In this document: in pieces, positions 1-10,409 of the stretch
How the letters are laid out: each line of letters opens with the position of its first letter
Numbering within the stretch: position 1 is the stretch's first letter
Sequence record: SRR20825006_2977
DNA length: 56,021 bases
Reading direction: 5' to 3' (one strand)
Translations under genes and position numbers: made by a program
The notes under the pieces: model-generated
Seen by the model: only the letters and a program-made list of their open reading frames with translations
The model's database searches: none
What the model was told of the DNA's origin: nothing

Positions 1-120
1 AATCGTGCCAGGATCGCGCGGCCGCCAGCAATCGTGGGCAGCGGCGCTCCGAGACGGCGAGGAGGTTCAGGAGGGCGTGCGCGACGCTACAGAGCCCTCA
101 CAGCCCACGAAACATCGACC

Positions 121-2385
121 TCAGTGGTCGTGGCCGTGGCCATGCCCGTCGCCGGGAGGGTGGGGGATGCCGAGGATCTCACCCGCGGCGTCATGTGGCG
201 ACTTCTGGCTCGGCATCAGCTCCTTTGGCACGGGCTTGCCTTCTCGCAGCAAGCGCTCGCGTTCGATCTGTTTGCTGAGCTCGGTGACCTTTGCCTGGAG
301 ACGCTCGCGCATGAACCGAAGCTCCGCGTGTTTGAGGCCGAGCTTGTAGTACTCGAGCGCTTTCCTCGGCTTGCCGAGTGGCCCCTCGTACATCTGCCCG
401 AGGCTCTCCTCGACGCTCACGCGCAACTTCTTGGGGGGCTCGAGCGCGAGCATCTGCTCGAGCGCCTTGGCGCTGTCTGCCATGTTGACCTTGCGCTGGT
501 ATGAGAGCGCGAGGTTCTTGTAGGCGTCCAGGTAATTCGGGAAGCGGTGGATGGCGGTCTTCTCGAGATCGATCGCCTGCTCGGGTTCCGCGCGAGAGGT
601 GTGCACGAGCGCCTGTTGGTGGACGATGCGCGCGTCGTCGGGGCGAAGAACTCGGGCCAATCGGAGCGTATCGATCACTTCGGCTGGAGACTTCTTTGCC
701 TCCCTTCGTGACGTCTCCGCGAGCGCCTCGTTATAGAGGACCTCGCCAAACGCAGGGAAGACCTCGTGCGCGCTCGCATAAGCGGGGCTCGCCTCATCGA
801 ACTTGGAGTAGAGCATGAGCTGGTCACCCTTGCTGCGCAGGTAGTCCGAGGTCAGCGAGAAGCCACCCAGGGTCAGCAACCCTGCGGCAAAGCAGATGCC
901 AAAGAGCGCTGGCGAGAACGCGTGCCCGTCGCCATCCCAGGCTCTGGCCCAGCCGCGCTCGGAGCCTTCGCCAGAGAGCAGCCCGCCGCCATAGTTTGCC
1001 AGGAAACCGAAGCTCGCCAGGAACAACAGCGTCGAGGCTTGCCCATCGAGGACCACGCCATCGAACATCATCAGCGTGCCCGCGAGCACCGCAGCGCTCG
1101 TGCCAAAGAGGATCGTGCCATAACCTTCCTCTGGCTCCTCCTCGACGCGCATCATATCCACCGCGAGCATGAGCGCCGCCAGCAACCAGACCCCGAACAA
1201 CAGCAGCCCGATGGCGCCATACTCGATCAGGATCTTGTAGAACCCATGGTGCGTGCTCCTGAAGGCTGGGTAGATGTCGAAGAGCCCCTTGAGGTAAGCG
1301 TGGTCAGCGAACACGACGCGCGTTTGTCCAACCCACCATGCGCCAGCGCCCTGACCCGTGAGGACCTTCTGCGTGGCCATCTCGGAGCGAACCTTGGAGA
1401 GGTAATCCGCCTCCTCGGGAGACTTGATCTGCTCGTAGCGCGTGATCGCGAAGCGTGTGTTGCGGGGGATGCCATCGCGCACGCTCTCCGGGTTCACCAG
1501 GACCTGCTCGTGCGAAACAATCGGTGTGGAGGTCGCCGAGTTGTAGCGCTCGAACTCGGTCTTGACGACAAACGGGCCGATGGCTGCCACCACAGCGATC
1601 AACGCCGCTCCGCCGAGCGCCAGTGGTTTCACACCGCCGGTCGCCTGTTTGCGGAACATCAACCCCGCGATCGGGAGCGCCACAGCCGCGAGAGCCATCG
1701 CAGGGAGCAATGTGGAGGTCCCGGTCAACGCCAGGTGAGCGCCGCCGAGCAGCAACCCCGCCGCGGCGAGACCTCGCGAGATCTTGTGCCCTGTGGCCAC
1801 GCCCGCAGCGAGCAAGGGGAGGGCGATGACATAGTAGTTCGAGGCAAACTCGAGGCTGTCGAACGAACCTGTCGCGCCTTCGGGGTCCCAGACGTGCGTG
1901 AAGACGCCCACGCCAGCCAGATCGAGAAGCCCGAACAACCCCGCGAGCGCCGCGCCGACGCCGACCGCGCCGCTAAAGTGAGACCACGTCAATGGTTTGC
2001 CTGCTGGCGCAGCGAGGATCAGCGCGATGCTTCCCGCAGCGATCAGCCCGCTTACATCCTGAGCGCCCACCAACCAAGTCGGTGACCACGCGGGCGTGAT
2101 CGTGACCCAAAGGATGAACAGGATCAGTGGAACCATCGCGCGACCGGCGCCCATCTTCACGCCGCGTTGACGCAAGACCTCGACGCTCCATGTCGCCAGC
2201 GCCGTCGCGGCGAGCAGGGCGCCCACCTCACGCCGGAAGAACTCATAGCTCGTGAACCCTGTCGCGAACAACGCGGGGAGGATGCCGAGAGATGCCAGGA
2301 CAATCAGAGAGGAGAGCGAAAACTTCGCTTCCTCCTCTCGACGAGGTTCGGGGGCTGTTTCGGTGGGGGTTGCCGCTTCACTCAT
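121..2385 (-). CDS. O-antigen ligase (Wzy_C)-like polytopic membrane protein with C-terminal TPRs
   Basis: About 12 hydrophobic segments. Wzy_C-like motifs 'LTGQGAGAW' and 'STHHGFYKILIEYGAIGLLLF'. C-terminal TPR helices and a His-rich tail GHGHGHDH. Start trimmed to MSEAAT. Confidence 0.7.
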   Translation of the reverse strand: MSEAATPTETAPEPRREEEAKFSLSSLIVLASLGILPALFATGFTSYEFFRREVGALLAATALATWSVEVLRQRGVKMGAGRAMVPLILFILWVTITPAWSPTWLVGAQDVSGLIAAGSIALILAAPAGKPLTWSHFSGAVGVGAALAGLFGLLDLAGVGVFTHVWDPEGATGSFDSLEFASNYYVIALPLLAAGVATGHKISRGLAAAGLLLGGAHLALTGTSTLLPAMALAAVALPIAGLMFRKQATGGVKPLALGGAALIAVVAAIGPFVVKTEFERYNSATSTPIVSHEQVLVNPESVRDGIPRNTRFAITRYEQIKSPEEADYLSKVRSEMATQKVLTGQGAGAWWVGQTRVVFADHAYLKGLFDIYPAFRSTHHGFYKILIEYGAIGLLLFGVWLLAALMLAVDMMRVEEEPEEGYGTILFGTSAAVLAGTLMMFDGVVLDGQASTLLFLASFGFLANYGGGLLSGEGSERGWARAWDGDGHAFSPALFGICFAAGLLTLGGFSLTSDYLRSKGDQLMLYSKFDEASPAYASAHEVFPAFGEVLYNEALAETSRREAKKSPAEVIDTLRLARVLRPDDARIVHQQALVHTSRAEPEQAIDLEKTAIHRFPNYLDAYKNLALSYQRKVNMADSAKALEQMLALEPPKKLRVSVEESLGQMYEGPLGKPRKALEYYKLGLKHAELRFMRERLQAKVTELSKQIERERLLREGKPVPKELMPSQKSPHDAAGEILGIPHPPGDGHGHGHDH

Positions 2386-2577
2386 GGGCAAACTACTCCG
2401 TGGGGAGGTTCTACTGTTACAGGGTGACACCGGGATGAGGTGTTCATCCTCGGGGATGCCACGCTCGCACGCCTCGCGCTCGAATTCGAGCCATAAAAAG
2501 GTGCGTGCGCTCCTTAACACCCAAACACTTCATGCATATTTCGAGCCGCCTCGCAAGCGACTTGGAAAAGAGGGCGC

Positions 2578-4161
2578 TCACGCTCGAATAAACAACTCGA
2601 GATGTGGGGCGATGTTCACCTGACGGATCACGTCCGCGTCCACACCGCAGACGTGCAGATCGAGCCGCTCCAACCTCGCGAGCCCTGGCGCATTGACCAA
2701 CCTCAGCGCCCCGCTGGTGCCGATATGGGGGTTAAAGGAGAGGTTGAGGTGTTCGAGCGAGAGCGCATCCTCGCTCGATGAGAAGAGGGCCGCTGCTCTG
2801 CGCGTCAGATCGTTTCCTTGCAGGTTGAGCTTCTTTAGGTGCGAGAGGATCTCCCCATGCACCAGCTCCTTGACGCCCGCGTCGCGCAGGTCGTTACGCT
2901 CGAGCTTGAGCTCGCGAAGTTGCCTCGAGAGGTGCCCGCGCGCCAGCGCGCGAGCACCCTCCGGCGTCAGGTGGTTTAACCCGAGAGAGAGCACCGAGAG
3001 GTTTCGCAGCGTCGTCGTGCGCGCCAGCTCGTGCGCGCCGAGCGGGCCGAGGTCGTTGGAGTTCAGGTGCAGCTGCTCGAGCGCCGCGAGGTTCTGCGCG
3101 TGCGCCAACGCGCGCGTTCCCTGCGCCCCGATCCAGTTGCCGCTAAGATCGAGGTGCGACAGCGTGCAGATGCCCTCGGCGCGCACCAGCGGCGCGATAT
3201 CTCTGTCGCGCAGTCCGTTCAGGCTGAGGTTGAGTTTCTTCAACCTCGGATACTGATGCTGGAGCAGGAGCGCGAGCGCCGAGACGCCCAGCATGTTGAA
3301 CTCCAGATCGAGGTGCTCGATCTGTTGCATCAATCGACACCTCGCCAACGAGGTCATCGCGTGCCGGTCCAGTTGATCCTGTTGTAAGGTCAGGCGCGTC
3401 AGGCTCTCTGGCGCGCGAGCATCACCCAAGCTCTCGATACCCGCGGGGCCGATGTTGCTCTCAGAGAGGTCGATGTGCGCGAGCCTCGGCGAGAACTCGA
3501 GCAGCGCGCCGAGCCGCTCCGGCGCCAGATCGAGGCGCCGTAGCTTGAGCTCGACGAGCGGCGGTGATGTGTCGAGGAGCGCGTCGCAGAGCGCATCGGT
3601 CGTCTGTCTGGGCGCATGATGCGAAAGATCGAGCGAGGTCAGCGCCTGCCCCGCATCACTCGTGAGCAGCTTGCGGATCGCCTTCGGGCTCAGGCGGTGA
3701 TCGCGCAAGTCGAGGTGTGTTAGCGCCGGAGGAGGGGACTCCAAAAAGAGCTCGAGCGTCGAGTCATCGAGGAGTTGTCCTGGTAACGCGAGGCTCCTGA
3801 CATGAGGCCAACATGGCGTCGACATCAGCGCTTCGAGGCGCTCGCGGTGGGAGCCCGTGGTGCTCGAGAGCGAGAGCGCGCGCGTGATCGAGAGCAGCGG
3901 CCTGGTGGGATCGCGCAGGTCGAGCCAACCCCCAGGGCATTTGCGCCAATCATCTGGCCAGCTCTTGAGGTGCGCGTTGACGTAGGGGAGCCACTCGTCT
4001 CTGGTGCGTCGCTGGTTGAGCTCCCAGGCGCGCTCGAGCAATGCGCACAGCCTGTCCCAGCGCGTGCGCGTGGGAGGTCGGTTGAGCAACGCGCGCAGTG
4101 CCCCAAAGTCTGTCACGCCGTGAGGTTGATCCGCCCGTGTTGGTGTGCTGGATGCTGTCAT
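2578..4161 (-). CDS. Leucine-rich repeat protein (RI-like/GALA-like, ~28-aa repeats)
   Basis: Repeated LxxLxLxxNxLxxxGxxxL, e.g. LEQLHLNSNDLGPLGAHELA and LRELKLERNDLRDAGVKEL. Start trimmed to avoid overlap with the TolC gene. Confidence 0.85.
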   Translation of the reverse strand: MTASSTPTRADQPHGVTDFGALRALLNRPPTRTRWDRLCALLERAWELNQRRTRDEWLPYVNAHLKSWPDDWRKCPGGWLDLRDPTRPLLSITRALSLSSTTGSHRERLEALMSTPCWPHVRSLALPGQLLDDSTLELFLESPPPALTHLDLRDHRLSPKAIRKLLTSDAGQALTSLDLSHHAPRQTTDALCDALLDTSPPLVELKLRRLDLAPERLGALLEFSPRLAHIDLSESNIGPAGIESLGDARAPESLTRLTLQQDQLDRHAMTSLARCRLMQQIEHLDLEFNMLGVSALALLLQHQYPRLKKLNLSLNGLRDRDIAPLVRAEGICTLSHLDLSGNWIGAQGTRALAHAQNLAALEQLHLNSNDLGPLGAHELARTTTLRNLSVLSLGLNHLTPEGARALARGHLSRQLRELKLERNDLRDAGVKELVHGEILSHLKKLNLQGNDLTRRAAALFSSSEDALSLEHLNLSFNPHIGTSGALRLVNAPGLARLERLDLHVCGVDADVIRQVNIAPHLELFIRA

Positions 4162-4285
4162 CCGTGCTGGCTCCGCGTCATCCCCTCGTTCATTGTCGGT
4201 GGCTCCTCGCGTCGAGGATAAACAAAAACGCGAGGCGATCCCATGTTGAAGGGGATCGCCTCGCGATGCAACCGGTGCGGCGTTT

Positions 4286-5596
4286 TCAGAGCTTGGAGAG
4301 GTACTCGTATCTCGCCATCGCGAGCCGGATATTGAGGCGGTTGAGGATATGCGCCGAGCGCGCCTCGAGCAGCGCCGAGGTCGCATCTCGGATCTCGATC
4401 GAGGACGCCGTGCCCGCGGCAAACCGCAGCTTTGCCAACCGCAACGCCTCCTCCGAGTTCTTCACGCGCGCGGCGATCACCTCCTCGCTCGCTCGCGCGA
4501 GCTCGACCTGGCGCTGGATGCGCACCAACTCGGCGCGCTCCTGCCTCAGCGCGAGAGATTGCTGCAAGCGCAGCTCCTCGGTCCTCAAGGATAGCTCGTC
4601 GAGCTGATGCTTGCGCAATCCTCCATCATAGATCACCCAGTTCGCGCTCAACGTGATGCTCCAGAAGTAACCGTTGGGTCGCGTCAGGGCAGGTGGACCG
4701 ATCAGCGCGTTGGCGCCCAGATCCACGGTCGGCCACCAGCGCCATGATTGCGCCTCTTCCGCCTTCGCGGCGGCGTCGATGGCGCGCGCGGTCGCCTGGA
4801 AATCTGCCCGTTGCTCCAGACCTTGATCCAGCGCAGAGATGCTCGCGCTCGCTTCGAGCGCTTCGACGCCGCCCCTGGCGAGCAACGTCCCGTCCGCTTC
4901 CTCTCCGAGCAACACCGCGAGCGCATCTGCTGCGTCCTGGCGTGCCGCGATCGCATCGAGGCGTTGCTGTCGCGTCGCCAGCAGATCCGCCTTCGCGCGA
5001 GAGACATCCAGCGGCACCGCGCGCTCGCCGCGAACCAGCGCCTCGGCGCGCTCCACGTCCTGCTCGCGCAGCGTGAGGATCTCGTCTAGCAGCTCGATCT
5101 GTGCCTGTGTCGCCGCCAACGTATACCACGCCGAGGCGACCTCGAACTGGACCGTCGCGCGCTGCCACTCGGATCTCGCGCGCTCGCTCTCCATCGTGGC
5201 GTTCGCGCGCGCGACCTCGGGCATTCGCGTTCCGTCAAAGAGGGTGATGCCCGCTCCCGCGGACGCTTCCCAACTGTAGACGGGCAAAATCACTCGGCCG
5301 TTGAGCTCCACCGCGCTCGGGTTGCGCGTCACGGACGCGGCCGCCTGAACAGTAGGGTAGAACGCCGTGCGCGCCTGCTCGACGCGCGCTCTCGCCTGGG
5401 CGATGCGCTGCTCGGTGATTTGCCACGTCTCGTTTTGTTGTTCTGCGCGTTCCATCGCCGCCTCGAGCCCGAGCTCTGCCGCGGTCGATTCCTGTTCTTT
5501 TTCTTCTCGTGCTCCTCGCTCCTGTCCCCACGCCGTGGCGGGGACAATGGCGAGCGCGAGCGCTGCTGCCATCAGCGGCATCCTTGCTCGTATCAT
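4286..5596 (-). CDS. TolC-family outer membrane efflux protein
   Basis: Signal peptide (AWG). Two OEP repeats (ARVEQARTAFYPTV; LAKLRFAAGTASSIEIRDA). Start overlaps the RND gene stop. Confidence 0.9.
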   Translation of the reverse strand: MIRARMPLMAAALALAIVPATAWGQERGAREEKEQESTAAELGLEAAMERAEQQNETWQITEQRIAQARARVEQARTAFYPTVQAAASVTRNPSAVELNGRVILPVYSWEASAGAGITLFDGTRMPEVARANATMESERARSEWQRATVQFEVASAWYTLAATQAQIELLDEILTLREQDVERAEALVRGERAVPLDVSRAKADLLATRQQRLDAIAARQDAADALAVLLGEEADGTLLARGGVEALEASASISALDQGLEQRADFQATARAIDAAAKAEEAQSWRWWPTVDLGANALIGPPALTRPNGYFWSITLSANWVIYDGGLRKHQLDELSLRTEELRLQQSLALRQERAELVRIQRQVELARASEEVIAARVKNSEEALRLAKLRFAAGTASSIEIRDATSALLEARSAHILNRLNIRLAMARYEYLSKL

Positions 5597-8500
5597 CACG
5601 CGGTCTCCTCTTGAGTCTCGAGGTCGAGTTGGCTCCATGGCATCGCGGCGCGTATCCGCCACAAGAGGGCGAAGAAGCTCGGGACGACAAAGATCGTCAG
5701 CAAGCTCGAGACGGCCAGACCTCCCAGAACCACAGCGCCGACGCCGCGGTAGAGCTCCGAACCGGAGCCGGGGAGGACCACCATCGGCGTCAACCCTGCC
5801 AGTGAGGTCATCGTCGACATGAAGATCGGGCGCACGCGTCCACGTACAGCCTCGGTGACGGCGACCTCGAGAGGTTCACCTTCTTTCAAATAAGCGAGCG
5901 AACCATCGACCACCAGGATGGCGTTGTTGACCACCACCCCGATCAGGATCAGGAAGCCCAGCGCGGTCATCAGATCGAGCGGTTGTGTCCCCAGGAATTG
6001 GTCGACGCCCCTCAAGAAGAGGATTCCTCCGCCTGCGGCGAGTGGGACGGTCACCAGCACCGCGATCGGCGCGACGAAATCCTCGAACAATGCGGCGAGC
6101 AACAGATAGGAGAGCAAGAAGGCGATGAGCAGAATCAGCGCGAAGCGCTCCTTTGCCTCGGCCAGCTTGCCTGCTGTACCTGCGATGTTGATTTGAACCT
6201 CGGTCGGGATCTTCCCGGCCTCTTGCATCGGCCCGATGACCTCGCTCTGCACGATCTCGATCGCTTGCTCCAGCGGGACATCCTCGGGGGGCGAGATCTG
6301 GAGCGTGATCGCTCGTCGGCGCTCGAGGCGTTGGATGATCGTCGGCCCGATGGTGTCCTCGGTGTGTGCCAGAACCTCGAGCGGTACGACCTGTCCTGAT
6401 GGCGTCACCACTGGCGAGGCCCGCAGGGCATCCGTCGTGGTGATCGCTTCCACTTCACGGTCGCCAGCCCTCAACACCACGTCGACCTTGGGGTTTCCGG
6501 GCGGCGCGTATTCACCCACGATCGCGCCATCGATATAGGCATCGACCAGGAGACCTAGCGTGTCACCGCGCATTTGTAGCGCGGCGGCCTTGTCCCTGTT
6601 CGGGACGATGTGCACCTCGGGCGCGCCATCGTCGAGCGATGGCACCGGGCGAACCTGTGCGCCGGGGAGGGCGCCCCGCGACATGCCAAACATCTGGCGT
6701 CCGATCGCGGTCAAGACAGTCAAATCAGGTCCAGAGATCTCGACCTCCACCGCGCGTCCTCCTCCGATCGAGCGACCGAAGAGCGAGGCTTGCGTGGCGA
6801 ACGAGATCATCCCCGGGACGCTGTTTTGCGTCTTCTTGAGGAAGGAGAGCACGCCGGGAACCTTCTCGGGGTCTTCCGCGACGGCGCCTCCAAAGAGGCG
6901 CTCTGGTGAGCCGACAAAGAAGCTGCGCGCGATCGCTGGCACGCCGTCCTTTTCGACGCCGATATGCGATGCGACCTCGCCCTGGACGTGCTGCCCGATC
7001 TTGTCGAGTTCGTCCACCGAATAACCCGGAGGCGGCACCATGATGCCGAACACCAGGTTGCGGTTACCGCTCGGCAGATACTCGAGCTTTGGCAAGAAGA
7101 AGTACGCGGCGCTCGAGGTCAGCGCGACGGCCGTGGCGACCACGATGATGCTTCGCCAGGATCGCGCCAATAACCACTGCACCGAGCGCGCGATGCCATC
7201 TCGGAAGTTTGCAGCCAACTCGAGGATCGTACCCAAGGTGCCAGTTCGCTTCTTCTTCTCCTTGGCTGGCGCAGGCTTCTTGGACTTCAGGAAGCGCGCG
7301 CTCAGGCTCGGGATCACGAGGACCGAGACCACCAGTGAGATGATCACGGAGCCCGCGATGGCGTAGGCGACATCGCGCAGCAATTCGCCAACCTCACCCT
7401 CCCAGGCGATGATCGGGATGAACACTGCGGCGGTCGTCAGCGTCGACGCGAGCAGCGCTCCGGCGACTTCCTGGACCCCTCGCAGCGCGGCTTCCTTGCT
7501 ATCTGCGACTCTGCCTCGCCAGGTCTCGATGTTCTCGAGCGCCACGATCGAGTTATCCACGACCATACCGATAGCGAACGTGATGCCCGCGAGCGAGACG
7601 ATGTTGATCGTGCGCCCGAGCGCGGTCATCACCAGCGCGGTGCCAAAGATGCAGACCGGGATGGCCACCGAGATGATGACCGATGCGCCGAACGATCTCA
7701 GGAAGACGAGCAGGGTGATGATCGCGAGCACGGCGCCGAGCAGGAGGTTCTGGCGCACCAGATCGAGCGCGCCTTCGATGTAGCCGGATTGGTCCGAGAC
7801 CACGACCATCTCGAGGTTGCGCGGCGCGAACTGTTCGCGATCCAATCGCTCGACCTCGTCGCGAATCTCTGTGGAGACCTCGAGGACGTTGGTGCCAGCC
7901 TCACGCGAGAGCAGGAGCGCCATCGATGGCCGGTCATCGGCGAAGGCGACGCTCGTGGCCTTTCGCAAGCCAAACCTCACGCGGGCGACGTCGCCCACGC
8001 GAACAGGTTCGAGGTTCGGTCCTGTCTTGAGCACGATCCCTTCGAGCTCGTCGAGCTCTGCTGGCGCGAGCATCGTCCGCACCAACACGCGCCGCTTGCC
8101 GCGCGTGATGTCACCGCCGGAGCGATCCTTGAGCTCGGCGCGAATCCTGTTCGCCAGAAGATCCACCGAGATGCCGCGTGCGGCGAGCTCGTGAGGATCG
8201 AAGTCGATGTGCACCTCGGTGTCGCGACCTCCGAGGTGTCGCACATCAGAGACGCCCTTGATGCGCTCGAGCTCGGGTACGATATCCTCGGCGACCCAGG
8301 TCCTGTAGCTCGCGACGGGTTCTCCCGGCGTGCGGCTTCGGACGATGATGACGGCCAGCGGAGGACCGCTCGAGTTCGAGGTCGCCACGATCGGTTGGCG
8401 CGCGGCTTCCGGGTAACTCGAGACCTGTTGGAGTTGGTTGGAGACGCGCACGAGCGCCTCGTCGATGTCTGTGCCGACCTCGAACTCGAGCGTGAGTGAG

Positions 8501-8835
8501 CCCTGGTCCGGGCGCGCTTCTGCGACCATGCGGTCGAGGCGCTGCACGGACTTCAAGACCTCTTCCTGTTCTTCGAGGATCTCGCGCTCGATCTCCTGGG
8601 GGGTTGCCCCTGGCCAGGTGGTGCGCACGGTGAGCGTGGGGACCTGGATGTCCGGTGTGAGCTGGATGGGGAGCGCGAGGACCGCCGCGCCGCCAAAGAA
8701 GACCGTCAGGATCACGCCGACCATGACGGTCACCGGGCGCTCGATGGCGAGCTTGAGCAAGCCGCCTCGGTCCTCTTTCTTTGGTGGTGATGGTTTGTTC
8801 GTCGAGGGTTGTGCTGATTCAGAGGGTTCGGTCAT
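5596..8835 (-). CDS. RND efflux permease (AcrB/AcrD/AcrF family)
   Basis: 1079 aa with 'IGMVVDNSIVALENI', 'GVVVNNAILVVD' and 'RVRPIFMSTMTSLAG' motifs. Confidence 0.95.
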   Translation of the reverse strand: MTEPSESAQPSTNKPSPPKKEDRGGLLKLAIERPVTVMVGVILTVFFGGAAVLALPIQLTPDIQVPTLTVRTTWPGATPQEIEREILEEQEEVLKSVQRLDRMVAEARPDQGSLTLEFEVGTDIDEALVRVSNQLQQVSSYPEAARQPIVATSNSSGPPLAVIIVRSRTPGEPVASYRTWVAEDIVPELERIKGVSDVRHLGGRDTEVHIDFDPHELAARGISVDLLANRIRAELKDRSGGDITRGKRRVLVRTMLAPAELDELEGIVLKTGPNLEPVRVGDVARVRFGLRKATSVAFADDRPSMALLLSREAGTNVLEVSTEIRDEVERLDREQFAPRNLEMVVVSDQSGYIEGALDLVRQNLLLGAVLAIITLLVFLRSFGASVIISVAIPVCIFGTALVMTALGRTINIVSLAGITFAIGMVVDNSIVALENIETWRGRVADSKEAALRGVQEVAGALLASTLTTAAVFIPIIAWEGEVGELLRDVAYAIAGSVIISLVVSVLVIPSLSARFLKSKKPAPAKEKKKRTGTLGTILELAANFRDGIARSVQWLLARSWRSIIVVATAVALTSSAAYFFLPKLEYLPSGNRNLVFGIMVPPPGYSVDELDKIGQHVQGEVASHIGVEKDGVPAIARSFFVGSPERLFGGAVAEDPEKVPGVLSFLKKTQNSVPGMISFATQASLFGRSIGGGRAVEVEISGPDLTVLTAIGRQMFGMSRGALPGAQVRPVPSLDDGAPEVHIVPNRDKAAALQMRGDTLGLLVDAYIDGAIVGEYAPPGNPKVDVVLRAGDREVEAITTTDALRASPVVTPSGQVVPLEVLAHTEDTIGPTIIQRLERRRAITLQISPPEDVPLEQAIEIVQSEVIGPMQEAGKIPTEVQINIAGTAGKLAEAKERFALILLIAFLLSYLLLAALFEDFVAPIAVLVTVPLAAGGGILFLRGVDQFLGTQPLDLMTALGFLILIGVVVNNAILVVDGSLAYLKEGEPLEVAVTEAVRGRVRPIFMSTMTSLAGLTPMVVLPGSGSELYRGVGAVVLGGLAVSSLLTIFVVPSFFALLWRIRAAMPWSQLDLETQEETA

Positions 8836-10004
8836 GGCGAGCCTCCCTTGCTATCTGAAGGCTTCTTGGCGTCTTCTTTCTCGCCAGGCGTGATGATTTG
8901 CACGGGCGCGTCAGGGCGCAACCTCTCGTTTCCATGCGTGACGACTCGAACCCCCTCGTTCAGATCGGGGTGTTTGGCGAGCAACACCCGGTCATTGTTC
9001 CCCGAGAGGATCTGGACCTCGGCGCGCTTGGCGGTGTCTTCCTCGGTGAGCAGCATCACATGCGTCGAGGTGACGCCGCGCACGATCGAGTCTCGCGAGA
9101 GCGAGACGCCATCGCTGGTGCGCTCCAGAATCAACTCCACGTCGACGGCGTCGCCAGGGAGAAGCCAGGCGGCGGGCTCCTTGGGCGCGACGCGCAGGGT
9201 CAGGGTGCGCGTGGTCGGCTCGAGTTCGGGGATGACGCCGACGACTTCGCCAGCGATCTTCGTGTTCCTCCCGATGATGGTGACCTCTTTCCCGGCGGTG
9301 ATCTCCTCGGCCATCGGTGCGGGTAAGGGGACAAAGACCTCGACATTTGCCGGGTCCACGAGCCTCATGACCGGCGTGCCCGGTCCGACCCAGTCTCCCG
9401 GGTCCTGGAGGCGGTCCGTGATCACGCCATCGAAAGGCGCGGTGACCTTGTGCTGCGCGCGCCGAGCGCGCGCTCTCCGGATGATGGCGTCCTGACTCGA
9501 TATCGATGCGGCCAGGGCTCTGGCGCGGGAGCGCTCTCGCTCGGCCTCGATTTGAGGGACGACTTCAGGCCCCAGAGACTCGATGCGGTCCGCTTCTCTG
9601 AGCGCTTGCTCGCGCTCTTCGGTGAGTCGCTCGCGCGCGGCCTGGGCTTCGATGATTTCGGCCGAGACGAGGGCGGTGTCGATCACGACGAGCGCGTCCC
9701 CCTTCTTGACCTCGGCGCCCTCGCGAACCGTGAGCTGTTCGATCTCGCCCGACGCACCCGCCGCGAGGGTGGCCTCCTGCTTTGGTCGAACCTCGCCGAG
9801 GTAGACCTTGGAGAGGGTGATCTTTCCTGGCTGCGCTTGCTCGATTTGCACCCGCGTCTTGCTTTGCTTGGGTGGGGCGTCGGCTGCCTTGGCCTGATTC
9901 TCTGCGCCATCCTGACATCCCGTCAGGGACAGAGTGAGAAAGAGCGTCGTCAACCAAAGATACGGCGCTGCAAATGAGGGCGGCTGTCCTCGGAGGAGTT
10001 GCAT
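8832..10004 (-). CDS. RND efflux periplasmic adaptor (MFP) lipoprotein
   Basis: Lipobox LTGC. Lipoyl-type motifs 'VREGAEVKKGDALV' and 'VTAPFDGVI'. 4-bp overlap with the RND gene. Confidence 0.93.
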   Translation of the reverse strand: MQLLRGQPPSFAAPYLWLTTLFLTLSLTGCQDGAENQAKAADAPPKQSKTRVQIEQAQPGKITLSKVYLGEVRPKQEATLAAGASGEIEQLTVREGAEVKKGDALVVIDTALVSAEIIEAQAARERLTEEREQALREADRIESLGPEVVPQIEAERERSRARALAASISSQDAIIRRARARRAQHKVTAPFDGVITDRLQDPGDWVGPGTPVMRLVDPANVEVFVPLPAPMAEEITAGKEVTIIGRNTKIAGEVVGVIPELEPTTRTLTLRVAPKEPAAWLLPGDAVDVELILERTSDGVSLSRDSIVRGVTSTHVMLLTEEDTAKRAEVQILSGNNDRVLLAKHPDLNEGVRVVTHGNERLRPDAPVQIITPGEKEDAKKPSDSKGGSP

Positions 10005-10150
10005 GGGGGACCTGTTTGTTTCTGGTGGGGCTTGGCTCGCTTTAAGAGAGCCGTCTCGTGAGGCGTTAAGAAGTTTGTTACCGATCTAAGACTCGTCAAG
10101 CCCTGGGATGGTGGAATTTTCCACTGAGGCCGGAAAGGGAGTGCGCGTGC

Positions 10151-10179
10151 TTGACCTCTATGGGGGGTTGGTGTAGAAC
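10151..10179 (+). promoter_or_regulatory. Candidate sigma70 promoter for rplC
   Basis: TTGACC-17 nt-TAGAAC. Confidence 0.5.
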
Positions 10180-10200
10180 GCGCAGCCCGCGACGTTCGGA

Positions 10201-10338
10201 GACGGATTTCGTGGATTGAAATCGTCAAGCTCGCTGCCTTATTCCCTCCCTTGCCTACATGTAGGCAACCTCGGAGGAGCGCTCCAATTTCCCGATACCC
10301 ATCGAGGATAAGAGCGTCCAGAAGGCAGGGGCCTTGCC
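10201..10338 (+). promoter_or_regulatory. Candidate structured 5' leader of rplC
   Basis: Nested complementary segments: ctgcctt/aaggcag, cctcc/ggagg around the palindrome ttgcctacatgtaggcaa, and gcgctc/gagcgt. Confidence 0.35.
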
Positions 10339-10409
10339 AAAAAAACATGAATGGAGTGTCGCGTATATCATTAGGTCGCGGCGCTCGAACCGAAGCAAGG
10401 AGCATGAAA

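Noticed and set aside
4162-4422. Long N-terminal extensions in the ORF track (also rplC, serS, ruvX, mltG, PP2C)
   Set aside because: They overlap neighbouring genes or hairpins; downstream starts fit RBS position and family length better.
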